A DNA stretch of 63,546 bases, the filler included, from Reticulomyxa filosa (lineage: Eukaryota; Protista; Foraminifera), in the NCBI GenBank assembly GCA_000512085.1. It is 20 parts of 20 records of this genome, joined end to end, with 100 filler letters (N's around TTAATTAATTAA, not from the genome) between each part and the next. Parts side by side here need not be neighbours in the genome. Positions count along the whole stretch, not along the records: positions 47,136 to 62,139 come from ASPP01005533.1; positions 62,240 to 63,546 come from ASPP01020534.1; 18 more parts are not named here. The stretch is one strand, 5' to 3'. The notes under the pieces were generated by a model. It saw nothing but the letters and a program-made list of their open reading frames with translations. It had not been told where the DNA came from and ran no database searches. Numbering within the stretch: position 1 is the stretch's first letter; each line of letters begins with the position of its first letter. The position numbers and the translations under genes are program-made. This document shows positions 53,701 to 63,546 of the stretch, piece by piece.

Positions 53701-56700
53701 GGAATTTTACCTTTTTTTAATTTTCCACTTTCATCTAATAATTGATTAATGATATATTTTTTCAATGGTTTACCATTTCCAAGTAATGAACTAGTAAATG
53801 TAGGTTCATTCATTTCTGGTATTCTATCTTCTGTTAGTTCTTCAAGCATATTTTTCCATCTCTTATTTTCTTCTTTCCAAAATGTTGTTTCTCCACGTTT
53901 ATCTGGTAATCTATGTAATATTGTTAAAATATTATCTAGAAATCTTTGAATATCTTTATTTTCTTTTTGACGAAGAGTTAGGATTTGTCGAAATGCAATA
54001 CGAACTTGTATTCCATCCAACAATTGGTAAATATGTTGATACATTTTTAAATCGCGATGTTTCATTATCAACACATCAATAAGTCTTGATAGACTAGATT
54101 TATTATTTTCGATATCAATGCCTAATTCTTTTTCACAAGTTTCTAATACATTTTTTCTTTGTTTGTATGTTTCATTAAATGCAGGTCGTAATAACGTAAA
54201 CAATTGACAACGAGATATTGGTGTCACATTTGAAAAAGCCTCTTTACTTTGTTCTTTTCGAAGCCATTCTACAATAGATTCATCTGCATTTTTATTTATT
54301 TGCCCTTTTTCCGTTTTCCATTGTTGTATCCGTATATTCCATTGTGGATGATAAGTTTCAATCTCTTGTTGACATCTTTGTAGCCAATCTTTACATAATT
54401 GAGATTTATCAATCACTATTGCATTAAAATTCTCTTTCTCATGTATTTCAAGTTCTTTTATAAATATCAATCTTTCTTCAGGAATAATAATCAAATCTTT
54501 ACATATTTCTAATATCTCTTGTTGTAAATTCGATTGAATACAATGCATTGCCCAATCCGAATTAACAATTGATTCCAAGTATTCCACTGATTCAGCTTAC
54601 CAATAGCAAGATTATATCTTTGGTTTTGAGCTTGTAATTCCAAAGTTAAACTTTTCATATCATGAGGATTCAAGCAATAATAAAATTTGTAATAATCAAT
54701 TGCCTCATCTATTTCATTGAATTTTGCATTTGTCAATATGTCATCGAATGTATTTATTTTAAACATTAATGGCTTTTTCAAAAATAATGGATTTTTTTCC
54801 TTTTCATTCCAATGCTTTATATTTTGATATAACGCCAATAAACTTAAGTACATTTGCTTCAAAGTATCTTGCTCTTTGGAATTTAAGCGATAGGGCTGAA
54901 CTTCCGAGAGGAGCATTTGTGTATTTGCGTTTGTATTTGTATTTGGTTGATACATCCATTCGCAAGATGATTTGTAATGCATTTGTGTTTTAATGCGAAA
55001 TTCTAATGCTCTGTTGATTACATCTTTTAGTAATTGAATGGTTTTATCGCAAAGTACTTTTTCTTTTTGCAATTCATTCAATTGGCCTATTGCATGTCGA
55101 ATCTTTAATCCATGATATAGACTTAATGCCAATGTAATTTGCTGAGGTAATATATACAGGTGTCGTTTTGCATGAAATCCAATATATCCACGTTTTAATG
55201 TGGATGATATTTGTGATAATGGATTAAGATTTTCTACGGCCTGTTGAATAATCTCCAATGAAATATTTTCTTGTAATCGATGCGGTTTCAGCCAGCTTCC
55301 TAAATTTGTATTCAAGCATTGGCGTAGCGATTTTTGATACATTTTAAATAGTTGTTCTGATCCAACAAGAGGCCGACAGCTTAATAAGACTTGACGATCT
55401 ACAGACTCCAATTATGGCTTCTTTGAATATTAGCCAAATTGATTGGCGTGTGTAATAATAGATCTGGAGTGCGATGTGGCATATAAAAATAATCTGCATG
55501 TAATCCATCACGCATAACTTGTGGTGTTTTATTACAGGTAGTAAATAAAGTTAGTAATTCTTCCGGTGTCTCTCCTAAACCAATTAATACGATTTCAAAA
55601 ATTGAACTTACATTTATAAAATACGTACGATTTTCAATGTTGTCTTCTTCGATCAAACAAGCACATTCAATATCAGAATAGGCCGTTGCTTCTTTACGTC
55701 CAAATGACCCTAGCAGCAATAACGTATATTGACAAGGAGGTGGAGATAATCTGTCGATAATAAAACTCCAAACTTTTGCTAAAAATCCGCATATATCTTT
55801 TGTGATTTTTTTTGGTCGCTTTTGACCGAAGAGCTATTTTTATCCATTGTTGTAAATTGCTGCCGAATTTTCATTAAAGAATTGATCCAGTTATCATACA
55901 ATTCGAATGGAATACCTTTTGAGTTGGCAAGATTTGCGACAGAATTCTGATTCGTTGACTCGCTGCATATTTTTGCCATAATAAGGCATTTGGCAAATTG
56001 AAATAATTCAGTGCCGTGATCCAAGCGATCGTCGCATAGCCCATGGCTCGACGATAAAGTGATGACTTTATCTCAATACGCTCAGCCCAAAATAAATGTG
56101 ACAAAATTGCATCACTGAGTGATAACAGACATAAAATAGCAAGTTGGGGAACAGATTGAACCGTTTGGACAATCAATGACTCATATTCAGAACAACATAA
56201 CGACAATTGATTCGAATGATATTCGATTGTCTCTGTTTTCGATAGTGATTTTTTCGGAAAAGATAATCGAATTGCTTGTGCGCGGTCATACTTAGCTTGC
56301 AATGATATTTGAATGTCGGAATTAATAGCAAGATTACTTTGCTTGGGCCAATCAATAGGCGGCTGCACATATGGAACTAATTCGATATGCTCGCACTTTA
56401 TTAATTCATGTTCAGGACGATCACCATTAATTGTAACCATTGATATATCTGATCCATGTTTTAAAAGCCATACAATTGCTTTCATTTGTCCATGACGACA
56501 TGCTTTATGCAATGCTGTATATCCATAATTGTTTGCTCCATTTATATTTAATCCCGGTATTCTATTAAATATCCATTGCAATATCTTATATTGTCCAGCT
56601 ACTGACACTGCATGCAAAATATTACTTCCTTCTTCATTTTCTTCTTTTGTTAATTCAATTATTGCTTCCAAAGATATGTTTTCATTCAACCATTCTATTG

Positions 56701-56980
56701 CTTCTTCCACTTTTTTATTTTGTTCCAGTCCATCTGCCCAATAAAATAAAATATTTTGCTTCATACTGTCACGTGTTTGTAATAATGTCCCTTCCATTTT
56801 TAGCAATTCTGAAGCGCAATTCCATTTCCCAAGTCGCAGTGCATACAATATCAATTTTTGTGAACATTTCATTGGCTCTTTTTGCTGAGTAAGCCAATTC
56901 AAGAGTTCCTTTGGCTTGTCTTGCTTTATCCAGTCTTCTCCTGTTGGAGATGCAGGTATTTCTTTAGGTTTAGTTGCCAT
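50761..56980 (-). CDS. Giant (~2,070 aa) ankyrin + DUF294/GlnD-type nucleotidyltransferase + PI3/4K-like + LRR + HEAT protein, split by five -1 frameshifts
   Basis: Six abutting or overlapping ORFs. Ankyrin: GYTALHKACRHGQ. NTase: PPCQYTLLLLGSFGRKEATAYSDIE. Kinase-like: PEMPG...SEL...ALLINP. LRRs: LxxLxLxxC. HEAT-like: KDQNSTIRDKASVAL. Confidence 0.78.
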
Positions 56981-57375
56981 CTTGTAAAAGAGAGGAAAAT
57001 TCACTTCAAAAAACAAGTTAAAGAGAAATGATGATGATGATGATGATGATGCTGCTCAACAAAAAAAAACTTGATTTGTTTGATATCACTCCTTTTTTTT
57101 TGAACTAGGCAAAAAAAAAACCACTCCGATTTACATTGCAAAAATGCATTTAAATAAGTTCTCACTTTACATTTCTGAAAGTATCTTTTTTGATTCTCAT
57201 AATCAAAATTGGATTCGCAAGATTGTTATCAAATATGGTTATGCTATTTGTTTCAACGCAATATGTATTAATTTTATTCAAAAGTGTAAATCGCTAAAAG
57301 GAGATTTTAATTATGGAAGTGATTGAAGAAAAAAAAAATTGTTTAACCATATGAATAGATTTACACAATTACATA

Positions 57376-59698
57376 TTAAGCAAAGAAATTAACATTATTT
57401 GTTGTAAATATTCTGTTTGTGATAATATTCCATATTCGAATTGTTCCATCCCTAGAAGATGATACAATAGTATTATCATCTATTGAAATATCTATTCCTG
57501 TTATATCATCATGATGTCCTTTTAATCTTTGTTTTTCTACTCCTAAGTTTACATCCCACAATCGAACTGTATAATCTGTTAAACCTGAAATAATAGTTTG
57601 TCCATCTGATGAAAATTTTACATCTGTTACTCTAGCAGGATAGCCACTCATTTTTTTCAATTGTGTTCTTGATTTTGCATCCCATATTCGAATTGTCCTA
57701 TCTGTTGAACAAGATACAAGTTTGGAGCCATCAGGTGAAAATTGAACTTTCATTACATAACTAGAATGTCCTAGCATTTTATTTACTTTATTATTTGATC
57801 TCACATTCCAAATTCTAATTGCAAAATCATCTGACGCTATTGCAATTTGTTGGCCATTTGGTGAAAAATTTACATCATTGATATGATCTAAATTTTCATT
57901 TAATCTTTTTATTTCCTTTCCAGACTCTACACTCCATAATCTTACAGTTTTATCTAATGAGCCAGAAACAATAATTTTTCCATTTGGTGAAAATTGAACA
58001 CTTCTTACATGACGTGTGTGTCCATTTAATTGTCGTATTTCAGTACAAGATTCTACATCCCATAATCGAATAGTATTATCATTAGAACATGACACAACCA
58101 TATTTCCATCTGGTGAAAATATTGCATTTTTAACATGATCAAAATGTCCTTTTAGTTCTTGAAGTTCATGTCCTGATGTAATATCCCATATTTTGATAGT
58201 TTTATCATTTGAAGTTGAAATAATTTTGGTGCAATCTGGTGAAAATTTTATGCTATTCACCGAATTGAAATGTCCTTGAAATACTTTAAATGGTTTAAAA
58301 TAATTTTGCTATATATTTGTGTGTATATAAGTATATATTATCAATAAAAAAAAAAAATAAATAAATAAATAATAATAATAATAATAAATACATACAAGAA
58401 TATATCGTAAAATAATAAGATTAAATTCATCAATCCATCCTAATTCATTAATTTCTATTGAATTCATCCAATATTTAATTATCATTGCAATTTCTTTTTT
58501 TTTCTTTTTTTTATTTGAATTTTATTGATACATTCTTTTACAAAAAAATAAAAATAATACATTTTTGCTTAACTTTTAAGTATTTAATATCTAATCCTTT
58601 GTTCATCTCTTCTAATTCTATTCTTATTTCTTCAAAATCTGCTATTTCTTTATTTTCTATCATCCATTTTTGATTTCCTTCTGTGAAATCACTTATTTTC
58701 ATTTTTATATGTGTTAATAATTTATTATTTGTATCATCTACTCCAAGAATATGTACAAATAAATTATCTTCAGTTAATATTGCAATTGGATATTTCAATG
58801 GAATTGATAAAATTTCTTTGCATTTCATCCATTTGTTATTAATGATTGAATATTTATGGATTTGATTTGAAGTACTACCATAAAAGAGACATCCACCAAA
58901 AAATAAAATGGAATTTTGAATATAACTATATGCATAATAATGAAATGATTTAATAGTGTCACATACACGTAATTTATGAAATTGAAATGTATTGAGTTTT
59001 TCATCATATTCAATTGATAATCCAATCTCAAAACAAAATAACCACATTTCATCCTTCTCTTTGTTTCCATTTTCATTTTCATTCCTTTTTACAAAACAAT
59101 GAAAACTTATATTAATATCAATTGGGAGTATATCATGTTTAATAAATTGAAATTTAGTTAAATCAAATACACTAATATTTTTTGGATTATATGTAATGAA
59201 TAATAAATTATTATTATTTCCACCAATTACTGCACGTACTCCATTATAATTATCTTCATCTTTTGCAATTTGAACTGGATTATTATTATTGTCAATAAAT
59301 GGAAACCATCGATTGTAATTCTTTTTTTTTATAATTTCATTGTCATTATCCCAAGCACTTATATATTTCATTATCAATGAATGTCTTTGTTTTCCACCAA
59401 AAGATAACAAAGTAATCTCATTTATATGTTTGTTTTTGTTATTATTATCTACAAGTTTTACTACACAATGTCCGTCTACGTTAATACTATTTGGATATAA
59501 ACAGAAAAGCTTGTATTCATTTTTGAGTATATGATAGGAATAACATGCCCTTCTTTCATACCCTGCAAAAATAAGGATTTCGTGTTTGTATGCTACACTT
59601 TGAGTGTTTTGTAGTGGAATTGGAAATGTAGCCAAAGTTTCAAAAGGAGCTGTGTGTATATTTGCAATCTCTTCCGTTTTCGTAATACTTTGACGCAT
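57376..59698 (-). CDS. Double-propeller protein: kelch-like exon + linker mini-exon + WD40 exon
   Basis: Kelch exon ~58573-59698. Linker exon 58396-~58503 reads KKKEIAMIIKYWMNSIEINELGWIDEFNLIILRYIL. WD40 exon 57376-58308 has ~7 GH..WD repeats. Introns are phase 0. Confidence 0.88.
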
Positions 59699-59994
59699 CT
59701 TGACAAAGCAAAATATAATTGGTGTTATGATCCGTCTTAATTATTTTGGAGTTTTTTGTACGAATCTTGGGGTTTGTGACCGACAATTTTTTTTTCTTGT
59801 AAAAAAAGTGATAATGTCAATTAATAATTTTTCAATTGCTGTGTTTCATTTCCTAATTTTAATTGTTTTATCCCATGAATAAAATATAACAATTTGATAT
59901 CCATAACCCAACCAAATAAAAAAACATTCAAAAGTACCTGGTCTTGTTCAAAAAAAGATCTATTTTTTAAAAAACATCTTCTGCTTTTGCATTA

Positions 59995-61182
59995 ATGAAT
60001 ACAAGAAATTCTGCTGCAGTACTTTTAGCCAAGAAGAAATATTCGGTACAAATAAATATGTTGATGTAGTTTAACAACAATAAAATGTTCTTTTTTTTAA
60101 ACAAATTAAAACACAGAGCGAAAGAGAAAGCACTTTAATAATAGAGAATTGGATTCGAAATTTGGAAATTTATTGGGGATGGATCAATGATTTTAACAAA
60201 ATTATTGCACAATACGTTACGTTTGTTTATTATGATATTTAAATATTTTTTTTTTTTTTTAACTTTTTTTTTGTAAAATATTAAAAAATGTGACTAGAGT
60301 AAGTATTTCAAACAATTAAAAGTACTTCAAGGACATTCACATTATGTGAACAGTGTAACATTTTCACGAGATAGTACCAAAGTTCTTTCTTCTTCATTTG
60401 ATAAGACATCTCGCATATGGGATATAATAACAGAACATGAAATTCAAGTATTTAAAAATCATTTATTTTGGGTTAATTATGCACAATTTTCACCAGATTA
60501 TAATATGATTTTATCTTGTTCAAAAGATAAAACTATTCGATTATGTGATATTAGAACAGGAAAAGAAATAAGAAGATTTGAAGGACATTCCAATGATATT
60601 ACAAAATCAAATTTTTCATTTGATGGTCATACTATTATCTCAAGTTCATTAGATCGCACCATTCGACTTTGGGATGTGAAATCTGGACAAGAGATTAAAA
60701 GAATGGTAGGACATTTAGAAGGTGTAACCAGTGCTCAATTTTCACCAAATGGACAAATAATTGTATCATCTTCCTATGACAAAACAGTTGCAATATGGGA
60801 TATACAATCTGGTGAAAAATTACAAGAATTGAATGGTCATTCAGATGCTGTATTAAAAGCACAATTTTCATCAGATGGTAATATTATTGTGTCTTGTTCA
60901 TATGATAAAACTATTTGCATATGGGATGTCATGTCAGGAAAAGAAATTAAAACATTAAAAGGACATTTAGGTGGTTTAAGAGATGTACAATTTTCACCTG
61001 ATAATCAGATTATTGCTTCTGCATCATCTGATAAAACTGTTCGTTTGTGGGATGTTCATTCAGGGAAAGAAATGCAAAAATTAGAAGGACATTTAGATTG
61101 GGTAACTTCTGTTGCTTTTTCTAAAGATGGACAAACTATTGTATCATCTTCTCTTGATAAAACAATCCGATTGTGGGGATGA
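59995..61182 (+). CDS. WD40-repeat protein with linker mini-exon (3 exons)
   Basis: MNTRNSAAVLLAKKKYS|SERESTLIIENWIRNLEIYWGWINDFNKIIAQY (60117-60215)|SKYFKQLKVLQGH..., then 7 regular WD40 repeats (60298-61182). Confidence 0.92.
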
Positions 61183-63546
61183 CATTCAATTATATTTTAC
61201 ATAAAATAGCTTTTTTTTTTTTTTTTTGTAAATTGATGAAAGTTTCCAATTTAATACAAATAAAATAATAATGCTTAACATATTTTAAAATAATAATCAA
61301 TTTTAGCTCGAGCGAAAAACTTTGCCATTCTGTGCAACATACAATGATGATATTGTTTTGTAAAAAGATTATTTGTCCATGTCAGTGGTCATCAAACTTT
61401 CCAGATTTTTCGTGATTCGGTAACAATCAAAAGCTATCTTTTTGTAAGGTTTCAATAGAACGATTGTGCAATTAGATTAAATTCTTACATCAGTGAGAAA
61501 ACATGTGGAACACCACATATTGTCAATGTTTGAAGAATTATGAATCATACCACAATGTGAGTTGTGATTAATTCAGATCAAAAGAAGATGATACTCCAAA
61601 AAATATTCTGCCTATTATTTCATCATGATTCAGTAGTAATCAAATGACTCTTTTTTTTTTTGCTTGTGTTAATCAAAACCTTCTTTTTGTAAATATCTTT
61701 ATTTAAGTCATTTAATCTTTGGTGAAGGGACTCCAAATAATCGTTTGTACTTATTCTAATTCGAATCATTTTAAAATAAAACTTTTCCATGTTTGCGATT
61801 CTCAAAAATATCTAGTTCTGCACTTTTGGCATTATGTGTACTACATTCAAAATAAATTTGGAATTAATTTGGTAAAATTTATTTGCAAAAACGAAGCAAA
61901 GGAAAAAAAAAGACAGATTTAACAAAAACTTTTTGCAACTTACGAAGATGAGGAAGTTGATGGATTATTTTTAGCATATCAAAAATGGTACAATGTTTGT
62001 GCTTGTACAAACAGCAAAATGGTTTGTTTTTTTTTTCAAAACCAACCAAACAAAACCAATCAAAAAAAAGAGGAAAGAGACGACGCTCAATGGCAACAAA
62101 TTTTTGTGAGCACACAAGAGTAAGGGGACCAAAAAAAAANNNNNNNNNNNNNNNNNNNNNNNNNNNNNNNNNNNNNNNNNNNNTTAATTAATTAANNNNN
62201 NNNNNNNNNNNNNNNNNNNNNNNNNNNNNNNNNNNNNNNATAACTGTTGTAATTGTATCTTTAAATTTTCACATTCTTTTGTTTTTCTATTTTTTTGTTG
62301 TTTGTTGTTATTTCCACATTCTTGAATAATGTTGGGGGAAAAAAGAGAATTATGTTTTGTAACTGTTCCAATAATTGCTGTGATAGCCTTTTTTCACTTT
62401 CTGAAGATCTGATTTTTGTTTAAAAAAAAAGAGTGTAACTACAAATCATTCAATGAATATAAATATATTTAAGAAATATCTCTCAGTTTTACAAAACTGT
62501 TTCCATTTTTCAATTTCATTTTGAAAATACTTTTCTCTTCTAGTTGATCATATATTATTGTTATTGTGAATACTTCAATTTTTATTTTTTTTTACAAATA
62601 TATACAAAACACATGTCACTCTAAATTTAACCTTTCTAATTCAATCTTTAACTCTTGATTTTTTTTTCTAATTCTATTTTCGCCTTTTCTATTCTTTATT
62701 TTATTATTTTTTTTAAAACAAGCTAATTCTCATTTATAATATTATACAGTAAAAATAAACTGTTTGCGCAAAGCCTTTTCGCTTTCATAATTTTGTTTCT
62801 CTTTGTTCAACAATATTTTCAATTCCCTGTTTTTTTGTTTTGTTTTGTCTTTTTAGTGTTAGTTATTTTTCATCTCTTACTTTCACTGCCACATTATAAT
62901 AAATTCAACTCAACTTGATCTCTTTATGATATAATTGCTTCAATTTGTCTCTGTTGTTTTTTTTTAAAAAAGCTTTGCTCTAATAGTTAACCTTTTATTA
63001 TTATTTATCTTAGTCCAATGTGTTTTTTCCACTTAACTGTTCATCTTGCTTTGAACGCCTTGTTTGCACATAATATAATAATGCACACACGCTCAATACA
63101 ATATACCAAGATCTCTTAGATATCCACTTTGTAGAAACCTTCTCCGGTGGTGTTAATTTATTTTTTTATTTTTTATTTTTTGGAGTCAACAAGTCGATTA
63201 TTTTTTAGAGCCATAAGTTTGTTGTTTTTACTATCGCTCTATATCGTAGTATCTTTGAGTTTTATTTACCTGATTTTTATTGTTAGATAGGAAAGTTTTG
63301 TAAATACTCAGGAAAGCTTTGCAAATACTCGGGCTCATTTTGTTAAAGAATGAATTTTGTAAGAGGAGTAAAATTTTCAAAAAGGGATCAGAAACAAATC
63401 ATTACTCTGATATTTTAAAATAAAAAAAACTTCTTCGATAAGTTTGGACACTGACCAACACCTTCATTTAAGCATTTTTTTCTATGCTGATTTTTTAAAC
63501 TATTTTTCGTTTTTTACTAAGTGGAAGAGAAAATATAAATATTATC

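Noticed and set aside
54587-54600. Possible 14-nt micro-intron (GTAAGCTGAATCAG, minus strand) that would restore the frame
   Set aside because: Other introns here are ~50-150 nt and AT-rich. A single-base under-call explains this and the four other -1 shifts more simply. RNA-seq would settle it.
4566-62239. Regularly recurring TTAATTAATTAA palindrome flanked by Ns, resembling a repeat array or CRISPR
   Set aside because: Artificial six-frame-stop linker used to concatenate contigs. No gene-neighbourhood inference is made across it.
62240-63546. Possible decayed coiled-coil gene on the minus strand
   Set aside because: Too fragmented to assign with confidence.

Overview
This window is not contiguous DNA. 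It is 20 short, AT-rich eukaryotic contigs joined by 19 artificial 100-bp spacers (N44-TTAATTAATTAA-N44). Short GT-AG introns and the lineage-typical WD40, kelch-like and RING/TRAF families suggest a foraminiferan/rhizarian such as Reticulomyxa filosa (inference, not verified). Recognisable genes are kinesin-2 (KIF3-like), MYCBP/AMY-1 (missed by the ORF track), PA2G4/Ebp1, an importin-5-like N-terminus, a divergent Hsp70, a cNMP-binding protein, a TIGR02466-type 2OG-Fe(II) oxygenase, a NEURL4-like ADP-ribosyltransferase, an F-box protein, a membrane GNAT, and several WD40/kelch genes and pseudogenes. Mobile DNA includes a decayed Tc1/mariner element with TIRs and a TA target-site duplication, and a foldback/MITE-like palindrome. 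Two observations stand out. (1) An apparently intronless ~6.2-kb gene (50761-56980, minus) encodes ankyrin repeats, a GlnD/GlnE/DUF294-type nucleotidyltransferase, a PI3/4-kinase-like pseudokinase, LRRs and a HEAT-like repeat; it resembles an intracellular-bacterial effector yet sits among host genes. (2) A ~33-36 aa mini-exon (IIxxWxRxxxIxxGWIxxFxKxIxxY), usually bounded by phase-0 introns, recurs 6-7 times attached to WD40 and/or kelch propellers, suggesting a modular adaptor/exon-shuffling system.
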